Below are positions 39,701 through 52,373 of a DNA stretch of 64,000 bases, in pieces (the stretch's first letter is position 1; each line of letters begins with the position of its first letter). Source of the stretch: Trichoplax adhaerens (taxonomy: Eukaryota > Animalia > Placozoa); NCBI RefSeq assembly GCF_000150275.1, contig NW_002060976.1:315626-379625 (forward strand), read 5' to 3'. Both the position numbers and the translations under genes were made by a program. The notes under the pieces are model-generated. The model had not been told where the DNA came from. It did no database searches and saw nothing but the letters and a program-made list of their open reading frames with translations.

Positions 39701-42700
39701 AATAGACAGACTAATCACAGCTATTGTTGATATTTTCTTATTTACGTAGATGAACTCGACCGTCCTAAATCAAGTCCTGCCGGGCGTGATCGTAAAGCCA
39801 GATTGAATTCCAGTAAGCAATCTTCCATTCAGTTTGATAATGAAGAAACAGAGTCTCAAAAATCGAACGATCCTTTCGAGGCTATGGAATCTTCTGGGGA
39901 AGATTGGCTCAGTCTAGAAGATAAAAGAATATCGCAGGTACGAAAAACGCCTGCTAATTTACCGAAATCTCAACCTCCTAATGCTTCAGTTAAGAAAACC
40001 AAAGAGAATAAAAGTCAGAAATCTGACGATTGGTTAGGACTTGATGACCATAACAATGGTCCTGCACCGGTGCCAAAGAAAGGTGCAGAGGGAGACAGAA
40101 GATCTGCTTCAAAATCTTCTCCGAGAACAGATAAAAGCAAGAAGCAATCTGCAGCTAACTGGCTAGGATTAGACAATGATAGCATTCCTATTCAAGAAAG
40201 TACAAATACTGATACATCACGATCGCCACCAAAAAGTCCTACTAGAAGAGGATCAGCTTCCGATTGGCTAGGATTTACAGATACTAATGAAGATAATTTT
40301 CAAGAAACTGCTACTGAAAGGATTCACTCACCGCCAAAAAGCCCATCGAGAAAGGCAGGATCAGAATTTTCCAAATCACAAGATGATGTAACAGAGAACT
40401 CAGCTCAGACTGATGAGATTAAGCCTCCGCAAAGTCGTAGAAAGAATCGTTTTCAAGATAATGAACGGAAGTCAGCAGAAGCAATCTTTGGCGGTGACGA
40501 TGATGATGATATCTTTAAGTTAGGAAAGAAAGATATCAATAAACTACAGCAGCGCCCTGTAAAAAATCAACACTCAAGTAGCGAAGCAAAGGAAAGAAAG
40601 CAATCTGAGACCAGCGATCCTTCTCCTAGGTAACTATTCTTTGTTTAGAGCTATAATTAATATAGTCAATAAAGCGATAAAACGTAGTGAACTAAAAACA
40701 TATACATCACATCTGTTGTAGCCGATTACAGTCAGAAGGTAGAAATAAAGAAATGAAACACTCTAGCAGGCAAACCTCAGACGATGTTACGCATGATGTT
40801 GACGATACTTTCGAGAATGATGGTGAATTTCGAGCGAATTTGTCAACTTCAAGGAGTAGTACGTCGAAAGAATTCGTTTCGCCGCCCACAGCTATAGGCA
40901 ATCGGACCGATCGAGCTATAACAGAAAGAAATCAAACTAAAAGCTTTAATGAATCAGAACAACATACTGCATCAAAACCAGTAGAATATAGAGATCCAAG
41001 GATCATTGCTGGCCCTTTCACCGTAGGTTTCAAATCTTCTTGGGATGATTTGTGGAATTTTAGCTTCATTTTTATTGATTACTTGACGTAGTTTGATAAT
41101 ATATCGCGCTGTCATGATATTATAATAAATAGGAACAACTAGTACCAGCTGGTCATTACGTGACTGAAGATGAATGGAAAACGTTATATAATAAGTACTT
41201 GGAAGCCGAACGTGAAAGGCAAAAGATTTATTTAGAATCTATAGCCAAGCAAGGAGAATACGAATCTAAGGTATTAATTTGTTAGCGTTGCATGCCTAAG
41301 TAACAAACTCAAAAATTAGTTAAATTTTACTATCACTTTGATATTTTAGATGAAAAGATATGAAGTGGAATGCAAGCAACTGCGTGATACCATGGCAGCT
41401 TCTGAACAACGCCACCTTGATGAAATGGAAGCATTAGAAAGAACATATGAGTAAGAATTGCCTTCCTACAGTATAATAAATTATTATGATATACCGAAGG
41501 TGAGTTTCAATCATTACTAACGACTGGTACCCGAAATTTGTAAATATTTATTTAGAAACCGCATTAAAAATTTAGAAGAAAATTATCGACGAAGGGAAAA
41601 CCGGTAAGAACTAATACTCTGGCTATATCTCAAGGACGTAGTTCTTAAGCTGCGTCAAATATGATTTTTCCCTTACAAGTAGCATGAATTTTATTTGGAT
41701 TCTTTTCTCTTTCTAAACATTTTAAAATTTGCGGTCATTTTTTATAAATAGATTGAAAGACGATCTTAGTAGTCAAACAACTCAGTTTGTCGACAAAATC
41801 CGTTTACTGGAGACAGAGAAATCCGATTTAATGGTCAGTCATGGTCGAAAAATTGCCAACATAGAAGCTGCCAAAGTTACCGAAATTGAAGAAATTCGAA
41901 GGACTTACAGGTTAGGCAAATTTGTCCTTCTAATTCGAATGAAAAGAAGGTATAAATTCATGCGCATTGGAACATAATTCTGCCAATCGAGCATTCTATA
42001 ATTAATTAACCATTGCTATACATAATTCAACAATTTACCGTGGGTTAGAGCAACCATGGATGAAGTACGCCAACAATTTAATCAAGAAAAAGACCAATGG
42101 CAAGCAGCAAGAACAGAAGAAATTTCTGCACTCATGGAAACTTACTCGCAGACCCAGTAATTACTAATGACTTGTTTCAAATGATGCACACCATTGAAGA
42201 AGACTACTTATCATATTTATTATTCCTATTTTGTGCTTAGGGCATTGAACGATTTAGTTCATCATGTCAAAACTACTGCATCTTCAGTTAATTCCTTACA
42301 AGGTAAAATGAAACAACAGCAGCAATATACGTTGACAGAGCGCGAACAATCAGCTAAAGAGAAAGATGAAGAACTGAAACGTAGGAAAAACTGATGTAGT
42401 AGTACAATATAATCTAGCCTAAAAAAGGTTAGTAAGATTCATTTACTAATATGTACGCATCATTCCAAAGGCCTGCAAGAAAAACTTATCGAACAACATA
42501 CTGAGATTGATCGAGAAAGACTGAATTTACAAACTCTGATTGCCAAGATGGAAACGCATTATAAGGAACAAGTTAGACAAGTGCAAGAGGTCAGTGTCTA
42601 GTTTTGTAGTATTGTACATAATACGACATTTGGTGATGCTGATTCACGCACCACTTAATTTGCGCTGTCTTAATATTGTAGGAGAAGTGGAATATATCTC

Positions 42701-44230
42701 AAGAAGCTATGCGACTTAAAGCAAAGATAGAAGCTTATGAAGAAGATCACAGACAAACTTCTGAACGAATAGCGAAAGAAAGAATCGATGTTGAGAAAGC
42801 AAAAGTAAAAATATTTATAATGCACTACCACATTGCAAATAAGAGTGCATTCTTAGTATCTTGTTTATTTTAAGGATGCCTTAAATAAAGAGCAAAAGGA
42901 AATATTAGCTCAATGTTATGAAGAACGTCGCTTGTTAGCTGCAGAAAGAGCAGAATTATTACGAAATCAAAATTTATCTTCATATCGTCAACAAACGGAA
43001 CAAAATAAAGCACTAAAGGTCGCCAATATGCAACATATAATAACATCTACAAAGAAAATATCGTCTATTCATCTTTCGATATCGTACAACAATAGTTAAT
43101 ACATTATCCAATTTATTTCGATAGACTGAAGCTGATATGGAAGTTTCCATTGTTGAGTTGGCTAAGAAAAAGGCGGAAGTCGAGGCCGAACGCGCTGGTT
43201 TACAGCGGGAAAGAGAACAACTGATGAAAGAGCAAAATGCTGTAGAGCTAAACAAACAAAATGTTGAAAAATTAAAGAATAACATTACGAAAATGGAGAT
43301 AGATATCAGTAAAAGAGCACAAGAAGTTGAGCACTTGAGCAAGGTTGCGGTTATATTAATTTTCTAGTGTATTTTGCTTGAAAGCGACTTAGTTATATTA
43401 GGCTTTTAGGTATAGTATCGTTCGGTGATCATGTAGTTATTTTCTTGTGAACTACTAGATCGCTATTCAAATGCGTCATGAAAGTGAGAAAGCATTGCAT
43501 GAGGCACTGATGATGCAAAGTGAGCTCGAGCAAAGAGCAAATACAATAGAGGTTTGGCAGCAAAATGCGGAATCTCAGGAAAGACAATTAGCGCAGGTAT
43601 TCGTCATAAGTGAAGCCTATTTAATTTTTTCCTCCCATAAAAGTAAATTCAATCTTATCTTTAACTAGGAGCGCTATGCTATAGCCCAAGAATGGAGAAG
43701 TATCGATAACCTCAAGCATGAACTTCGAAGCAGGGATCATGAGGCAACTATGCACATTATCCATGATTCTTACAGTCAACGTACGCATGAACTATTAAGA
43801 ATTATAAGTGATAGGAAATTATGAAATAAGTTATATAAGTAAAAGCATTAATGAAATCGGGTACTATTTATTTACCTGATCAAAATAGGTAAGAATTCAT
43901 CTCTTGTTACGCAAACAAGTGACAACAAAAAAACTAATCGACAGTTTCCAGTTATTAACATGCGTCCCAAATTGAATTCCGTTAAACAAAGTGCCAAGAT
44001 TTTATCAAATGTATTTCGACAAGTAAGTTTATACAATATAATGACCTGTGCGTTGTGGATACCTATTTATTTTCATTTATAAACCATATTTATAGCTATT
44101 TGTACTATATTTGCTAGTGCTTCTAATGCTTTATTGAATCTTTTTTTTAATGTAGGACGAGGAGGTGCTAGAAGATGAGAGAAACTTCCTTAATACAATT
44201 ATGGACTCGAATTTGAATGTTCATTTATAA
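36756..44230 (+). CDS. FBF1: Fas-binding factor 1 (centriole distal appendage / ciliary transition fibre protein), ~23 coding exons
   Basis: Spliced by eye, approximately: 36756-36781, 37440-37512, 38144-38200, 38294-38384, 38479-38562, 38677-38811, 38882-39265, 39361-39459, 39750-40629, 40722-41022, 41133-41270, 41350-41450, 41556-41603, 41752-41910, 42049-42156, 42241-42380, 42471-42589, 42682-42804, 42875-43018, 43125-43343, 43459-43596, 43669-43780, 43889-44022, 44156-44230. FBF1-like motifs: GMDDMEANLFG, DDPLAGL, LAFGDYVPS, KSVRF, DWLGL, coiled coil LQEKLIEQHTEIDRERLNLQTLIAKME..EEKW and C-terminal DEEVLEDERNFL. The start exon is the least certain. Confidence 0.85.
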
Positions 44231-46978
44231 GCTGCAATACTAATCAAAAATGTTTTGAAAGATACGATTTAATTACCTTTGGATCTTTTGCTATCAAATA
44301 GAGAACATATAGTCCAATATAAACGATCACGAAATTGAATTATCGAAAACTTATAATTAAACTATGCTTTGGATGAGTTACGATATATATTATACTTGTA
44401 CAGAAAATTTTAAAGTTTTATTTATGATAGCTACAACTTCTTGATAAAGAATGTAAATAATTGCTCGATTTATAATATAGTCATACCTGAAAATTTTTTT
44501 CCTTTTATTGGAATTCATTTAAAAACGAAACATATGTATACTGTATTTATGTTGATGACCTAAAACGTAGAGCTAAAAAGCGAATTATCTAGAACATATT
44601 TTTTGCAATCATTCATGAAAGGAAATAAACCTAAGTTAATGATTGTAATGCACCGTACATGCGTTTCGATTTTAGAAATTACGATCTGATTGCAATCGCT
44701 GAAACTAAATAGTAACATTTTAAATGATGTAACGCGTCTATTGTACTACACTACAACGGTAGTTATTAAACGTTAATGTAAATAAGTTTACGACCTATTT
44801 AGCTCCAAGAATAGGTAAAATTTTTCTACAGTGTATGGCAGTAATTTCATACCGCAATTCTTTCACAATCACGTCGGCAAATATGAGAAGATGAAAATAT
44901 AAAAAGAAATTACTAAGATTGACTATAATGAATGTGCATGTTTTCAATGTACGAGAACTGCGACTGGCTATCGTAGCTGAGTAATTTCATTCGTTACAAT
45001 AATTTACAAGTACACTTGATATTATAAATTTTATGTTAGCTGATCATTCCTCAGTAATTTAATAAGAAGATACTAATATACTACAGTCATCAGGAAAGGC
45101 TCAGTTGTACTATATATTTAGATCTAAATTCTGGTCGTGTTGGTAATAAACCTGCTTGTCATAAACATTATCTTACGAAGTAAGAATTTTTATGATACTA
45201 AAAGGTTAGAAATACGGCAGTTGGATAACTTTGTTACTTCTAATTTATACGTATACTTACTTTTACTAGATTAATGTAAACTGGTCACTTCACAGTAATT
45301 TACCAGGTAGCCAATGAAATAAAATACCAAAATCAATCATTAAGCCATATTCTGTTGTAATGTATGACAAACCTCAGTTTGTACACTATAAACTATGGTC
45401 TATGTTGGTAATGAATCTGTTTATTCTACATTATCTGACGATCTTAAAACTATTTATGACGCGAAGTAGCTAGAATTATCATAAATGATACTAGCAATAA
45501 TATAAATACATTTGATCGAAATAGCTTTGTTAGCCATTTTTCATTCAGCTTTTCAAATTTAATAGAAGTTTTGGTCAATGTTGGATACTTTGTTTTCAAG
45601 TACTGTAATCTTTTCGTAATTAGAATATACATATAAAGCTTGAACATGCCAATCCTCAATAGAATCTCGGTTTTATTTTGCGCTCATGCAGAAATAAGAA
45701 GCATTAAATTTTACTCAAAGAGGGATAGCAGTATGCATAAGATCCCGGATTGTTTTAAAAGTAAATCCGAAATCCTTAGATTTAGATCTAAGCCAATACA
45801 GTACAGTACGTACTTTCTAGTCAACTTTCACAAGTTGAAGTTACATATGGTCTAGTCAAATTGTATAGTAATGCTATAATTATATGCTATAATTATACCG
45901 AATTATGGTAAACTCCATTTCCTTTTAGAGAGGTACAAATATAGTACTTTACCTGGCTAAGTTGGCTTACAAATTAACTTATCTGGCATTTGTTAACAAA
46001 TCAAATTTATAATCACTACAGATACTGAATAAGTTATTATAAGCCTTCAGTTCGATATCATTTAAAGCAGACTACAATTTCAAAGTATCATTGATGCTAG
46101 TAATCATAATTTAATTGAAATCCACCGTAAATTTATTTAGTAACCTATAACTGCTTTACAAACAGCTGCAATAAATCACAGAGGAAATAATTGGTATTAA
46201 ACTTAGTTAGCGGATCGGATCCTTCGTGTAAGCATTGCAAATCAAAGACTTGTGCTAACAATAGAGTTTATTTAATCTGTTAACCTAATAAACATATTTA
46301 ATAAACAAACATATTTATCACTGCAATTTTTCATAATTATTAATTATTAGGACCTTACGTAGCCAGTCACCTTATGTCATTTCACTTTTAGTAGAAGAAA
46401 TCACTTCATTAAATTAATATCAGTTTAATCACTTTCTATTGAATAATTATTCATCTTCAATTTTATTATCGATAAGGCCGTTGCATCTGAACCTTATTGG
46501 CACCAAATTAATTATTGTTCGTGATAAAAATTAACTTACAAATAGTGATTATTACCTTTCAAATAAGTTAAAAAGTTCTCGTCCAGATCTTTTAAAAGAC
46601 AAAATTTTAAAATATTTCGCAATTCAATAATAGATAAGTCAGTCACTCACTTTATTAACATGCGTGCCCATTCATTTCTGTGTAGATTTTATGTAATATT
46701 TTGCAAAAAATTAATTAAGATTCATTTAAGCAAGAAAAAAAAATATCGACATGAGTTTGATCATCGGTTTTGAAAACAAACAATGATATTGCTCGTCGAA
46801 TCTACATACGACAAATTAGATGGAGATTGGACTATCATATAAATATGTCAAAAAGCCATCACTATAGAGCCATCCACAGATCGTGATAAGCATAAGTCAA
46901 TGTGATTAAGAAAGCCTTCGATGAATGCGCATGCTTTGCAATTTCTAGCACTAATAAAAAGTATCTTCACGTTTAATA

Positions 46979-49900
46979 TCACAATTTTCGCCCTTTCATT
47001 TCCGCTTGCATAGTTTCCGATACAAAGTTAAACGCATTCCCTTTACTAGATTTGTTTAAAAAGTCAAAGCCACGCTTAGCGTCCTACAGAGAGGTGAAGT
47101 AACGCGATAACATTAATATTTAATATAATAATATAGAAAAATTTCACCTAAAATTTTACCTTGGCGCTTGTATAAGGGGTACTAATGGTCGTCCGCTTAG
47201 ACGATAAAGGATCCAAAGTTAAGCTATCCAGATCGGAACTTTTCAATAACGACTTGTGAAATGCTACTTCTGAGTTACCGTCAGAATTTCTATTGGCAGT
47301 TTCAGAGTGAGACGATATTGTATCATTAGTTGAAATAAATTCTAAAGATTCTGTTGAATTTTTTACTACAGTGGAATTTTCGATAGCTTTTGAGGAAGTT
47401 CCTGCAACTGGACTAAAATTGATTAGTGATTCCATTGATGCCTCAGCTTGTGAGGTTGTCGTCTTAGTTGGATTTACTGTATCTTTTGTGAATAAATCAT
47501 CTAAAGCTTTCGTAGAAGCTTCCGAATTACATTCTACGGAGTCATTCGATGAAGTCTGTTGTATTGAGCCAAAGTCAATTAGTGGTTCCGAGGTCGTTTT
47601 AGAATTTATATCATTAATGTCACTTGATGGCTTAGAAAGAAACATCCCAATAAATAGACCGTCAGAAGTACCTTTACTAATGGCATCAGAAGTCTCAGTA
47701 ACTTTCACTTGCAATGATTCATCAGTAGTAGAGATTAAATTCGCTTCATCCTGATTTTCTAATGTTGATACGGATTGTATTCTTTCAGCAATATTGGGCT
47801 TTCGCTGAGATTCTTGGATTAATGCCTCAACCTAAACAAAGACATCACACAATTATAGCAAAATAGATGCATAATTTATTCTATATTGCAGTTAAGTACT
47901 CACTTTCGATACTCTGCTACGAAGACCAACATTACTTGAGGTCGATAACAGTTCTATTTGATTACTCAATAACTGAATGTCTCCAAGTGACCAAAAATCG
48001 CTTTTTTTCAATGCCCTTTCAATCACACATAAAGCTTTCTATTGTGGGATTTGATGAAACAGTAAACATTAATATTTTTCAAGTCTAAAATAAATAAAAT
48101 TTATAGATTAATAATATATAATATAGCAACATATTAATCGCACTGACTTGTTGAATACCGACAGGTTCCTTTAGCTTTTCACATAGTAATAAAAGAATTC
48201 TGTGATGATCAAGATAATTGCACCTAACGAATGCAAGATACGGGCTTCAGTGCTGAGACTCTTAAAGCTATTATTAAAGCAATAGACTTAGTCAACCTTT
48301 TCATAAAACTGTCTAGCATTGCAGTGGTTGGCGCAGACCGAACACCAACAGGAACAGTGATATCATCAACAAGCGCTTTTTCATAGTTTATTGCGTCGCC
48401 CGTTTGGCTATTGATATCACCGCATAGACTAACATTAGCATTCTCCAAATTTTTCGTCCTTGCAGGCAATGGTTTAGGTAAAGTAGTTGACTGTGGATTC
48501 ATGAATTGTCTTGCAGTGTCACTTTCATAAGAAATAGAACAAAGACGACAATATTGAGCAATATCTCATAACTAGAGATTATACGTACATTTAGCATTTA
48601 GAGTCTATAAACAATAGCATATTCAAGTTCATGGTACCCTTTTTTAATTAGGTCAATTTTTGTCGCGTGATCATCCCAACCTCCACCAGGTCTGCCAGTA
48701 ACCCGATCTAACATCAACATGATATTATAAATCGATACTTGTACGAGCAATGGTAATTATAGTTATTCATGCCCATAATTTAATAAGGGTAGCTGTAATT
48801 GGCAAATAGCTCAAGTTGCAACTGACAATGGATGCATCGTCCTTTAAAATGCTGCAGAAAACTTAGTTAGTTAAGTAAGGTTACCAGCAACGGTTTCAGA
48901 ATGAAAATTCCGAACAGGCAATGGTTGTTCCTCCTCTAACTTATCAGGTTTAGAATTGATGGCAAAGCTCGATTGAGGACTAGGTTTTGATGAGTCGTCA
49001 CCAACTTGTTTGGCTAGCACAGGATTACAAATATCAAAGTACGCTCTACATTGTGCCACTGCTGTAAAATGTCTCTAAGAACATTTATTACCGGAGCTAG
49101 TATTCTTAAATTTACCTTTCAGGTGTTTTTCTTTATCAGAAACATCAAAGAGAATACGAATATTTTCCTACATATCAAGGCCATATTAATGTTAAAATTG
49201 AATTGGATAGCAGCACTCTTCATTACGACATGACTTCAAACTCTACCATTGAATTATAGATTTGTTCGTATCTATATGATCATACATTAGCTAACTGTCT
49301 GACTTGTTCGTAAGGAGCATTGCCATGGAGAGGATCTGGAGATCCGCTAAACGCTATGAAACAGTGATTCGAACATTCATGTTGGACATGAGTATCATAT
49401 GTCATTGACGTAAGTAGCATTGTACTCACTGGTGGTTTTTCTAATAATGTCACTCCTTTTCCTTAAATTAGTTAAGAATTCTCCATTTCCGTTCACCAAA
49501 AGATGACGAATTAATCTTAAAACCTTTGATATTTTTTGCAACAAGATGATACTTTGTCATATTTATTGCGATACTTTCTGTAGAAGATTTGAATAGCATT
49601 GGCGTTATGATAAAGTAGATAAAATGACTCTTTACTGACCTTAAGTTTGATATGATAAGAAGACTTCATCAATCTGTCCATTAAGAAATCTAAAAGATAT
49701 TTACATGTATTGCTAGATTCAAAGGACATTTCTAGTTTTAACAATATTTCAGGCAATGAAGTTAGGGTAAAATATAATTGAAAAGTTGAGGGAAAATGCT
49801 TGATACTTTAAATAGTATGTTTTAAATGGTGTTCACAAGTATTTTGCTGAAAGACAGTCACCTAACAGTGATGATCAGTAGTCTATCTCTAACATTAAAG

Positions 49901-50419
49901 CAACTACCATACTGTAAGTGATTCTTATTCGGCATGAAAGCTGCATTCTATACGTATAAGAATTGATTTTTTGGGGATTATTCATATCAACACTCTCCAA
50001 CTTGGATAGGCTAGGCAATAAATTATGACTGTTGTCAGAAAATTATCATCGCTTTGAGTCAAAGGATACTAGTAATTTCTTCGAATAAATAACCAGGTGT
50101 AGCCGTTGCATCATCCGACGTCGCTTTCATTAAAGTCGGCATCTATACAGTAGGATAATAATATTACTGTAAGTTAATCATCCAATCGGTGAAAAAATGA
50201 ATTGCTCACTCATCCTGATATTGGAAAATCCATTGCAAGGAATGAGGACTACAATGCTACTACTGTTCTACTGGCAATAATGCTCCTTCATCTCCATTGC
50301 CTCTACTGTACACTCCTATAGTAAGTCATCCATCGCATGACCAATCTCATCGTCAATATTACCTTACTCGTAAAGGAAATCTTGTCGAAAAGGTTCGTGA
50401 ACGTAATACTAGACGACAT
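46979..50419 (-). CDS. TEPSIN: Tepsin, AP-4 complex accessory protein (ENTH + VHS-like domains), ~13 exons
   Basis: Exons read by eye: MSSSITFTNLFDKISFTSK (50419-50363) | MPTLMKATSDDATATPGYLFEEIT (50142-50070) | MSFESSNTCKYLLDFLMDRL..HIKLK | VLRLIRHLL | FSGSPDPLHGNAPYEQVRQLA | ENIRILFD ... GRPGGGWDD ... KALCVIE ... GLFIGMFL ... RGFDFLN, stop TGA at 46981-46979. TSDDxxxxPGYLFEEI and GxPDPLHGN are tepsin ENTH hallmarks. Confidence 0.92.
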
Positions 50420-50480
50420 TTTTCTTTGGTATTCGTCAATTCCTGTCCAATGACTATCAATCCAAGAATAAATTCATTTG

Positions 50481-51090
50481 AAGATGGCGATAGGAATACC
50501 TGGTTGCTTTTCTAGCGCCGATTTCGTTTGAATCATCCAAGTAGGCTTGGAGATCAACAACAGCAGTCTGGCTTACAGTACTGTACACTGTAAATTACGT
50601 ATTGTACATTGTAAAGTACGTATTGTAGACTGTAGACGTCCAGTACTGTACAATTAGTGTACATCATACTGTACGTCGTACGACGTCCGTATGTCCGTCG
50701 TACAGTACCAAAAATAATTGAATATTGATAATAATAATAATAATAATAATGATAATAACTGTATTGGTCTACAGTACAGTATATCTCTCCCTCTCGAACT
50801 CTTACTTCTTTCTTAAATACTGTACTCTCTGGTACTTATGCTGCAACTCATACTATATTCTTGACTGTTCTCATCAGAAAGCCTGTTCACTTATCTTCTT
50901 TCCAAAAAATGCTTTTTTTTTGGAGCGTTAGGTCGCTAGAGGGTTGAACTTTTTATGCATGTTGATGCAAGCACAGTCAGCCGTGTACTGTACTGTGTAC
51001 TGTATTGCACAATGTACAGTGTACAGTACTAAGGCTTCCCTGTACTGTAGGAGTTGGGAATCCATGCGACCGTACCTTACTGTACAATGT
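50481..51090. promoter_or_regulatory. Bidirectional TEPSIN/TIMMDC1 promoter region with TACAG/GTAC islands
   Basis: Head-to-head genes (ATGs at 50419 and 51639). GTAC-dense tracts at ~50575-50710 and ~50985-51085; YY1-like AAGATGGCG at 50481. Confidence 0.6.
50728..50758. repeat. (AAT)n microsatellite
   Basis: gataataataataataataataatgataata. Confidence 0.9.
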
Positions 51091-51638
51091 CTCTATCAAT
51101 TCTAAATTTCTATACTATTCCACCACCGACTGTGCGATAGACGTAGACCAACTTTCAACACGTTGATGAACAGCTTTTTGCAGAAAGTCGGAGGGCGTTG
51201 AGGTAGTACCTACTGTGGGAACTCCACTTGCAGAACTGCGATTATTGCTCATCCTTTTGCGCTGTGCTGCTCTCAACTTAAATATGCAACAGGAAAAGCT
51301 TCTTCCGTGCGCAGCCTTGCAGAGACGCAAAGCATGAACTGTTTTGTGGCAAAACTGAAAACAGAATTGGTGGTTCTATACTGTTTAGTACGTTGACATT
51401 TCGTTGCAAGCATACAATCAAAAAGTCGACGCGTACGTCGTAGGCTGGAAATTGGCATACCTCAACGAGCAAAAATCAAACGACTATCTTTATTATACTA
51501 CAACTATTTCAACAGCAGTCAGCAGACTTGCCAAGGTTGTGCAGCATCGCAAAGTGTGACTCTTCCACTAAAGTCATTACAGTACTTGTTTCTACCAATA
51601 ATTAATCAATCATACGCTAAGGCACGAAAGGCAGAGTT

Positions 51639-52373
51639 ATGACGGTAAATCAACCCAAGTCAAGATTTGAGCAAGGTTGGCAGCGCGTTAAAGAAATGTG
51701 GGATGAAAATGAACCTGCTCTAGAAGTCGAATATTTACCAACCATAGCTTTTTCAAGTTCCTTTACTGCTTTCATACTTGCTGGATTAGTAGGAGCACAG
51801 CAAACGGCTGAAAATTTTAGAGCAAATAGTAAATTTAGGATGTTTCCCAGTAAAGTGCAGGCTCTGCGTGAGATGCATTCTCATGCTTTGCTGGGATTTG
51901 TGCGAAGTGGAAGTAAAGCTGGTTGGCGAGCTTGTATTTTTGCAGTTACTTTTACTTTATTATCGGGAAGTCTGAATGCTTATTTCAATAAAATTCATGT
52001 ATTAAATTATACTGCTGCTGGCTCTTTTACGGGCGCATTGCTCAAACTTAGGCAAGGACCTCGTGGCATAGTTGTAGGGCTTTTTGCAGGTTCAGTAATA
52101 AGTTTGCCAGTTGGATTATGTGCACAAGGCTTACATTCTGTGTTACCCCAAAGTTATTACGATTCTTTAAAGGAAGATAAGCTAAAACGAAAGAAAGAAC
52201 GGGAAGAAGATTGGCAGTCGCGACTGTCTGCCCTCAGTCGAATGATTGACTCTATGAAATCCGATCCATTATTGGATGATAATGCATCGGATGCGAGCAA
52301 TGAGACGAACAGCCAAGAGGCAGAAACACTTCCTACCATCAAAGATCAAAGTGACAAGTCAAAGAAGGAATAA
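51639..52373 (+). CDS. TIMMDC1: Complex I assembly factor TIMMDC1 (Tim17/22/23 family), single coding exon, 244 aa
   Basis: GWQRVKEMW (cf. GWDRLRELF), GFVRSGSKAGWRACIF..F (cf. GFIRYGWRWGWRTAVF), SLNAYFNK, AGSFTGALLKL..GPRG; four Gly-rich TM helices and a charged tail. Confidence 0.88.
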   Translation: MTVNQPKSRFEQGWQRVKEMWDENEPALEVEYLPTIAFSSSFTAFILAGLVGAQQTAENFRANSKFRMFPSKVQALREMHSHALLGFVRSGSKAGWRACIFAVTFTLLSGSLNAYFNKIHVLNYTAAGSFTGALLKLRQGPRGIVVGLFAGSVISLPVGLCAQGLHSVLPQSYYDSLKEDKLKRKKEREEDWQSRLSALSRMIDSMKSDPLLDDNASDASNETNSQEAETLPTIKDQSDKSKKE

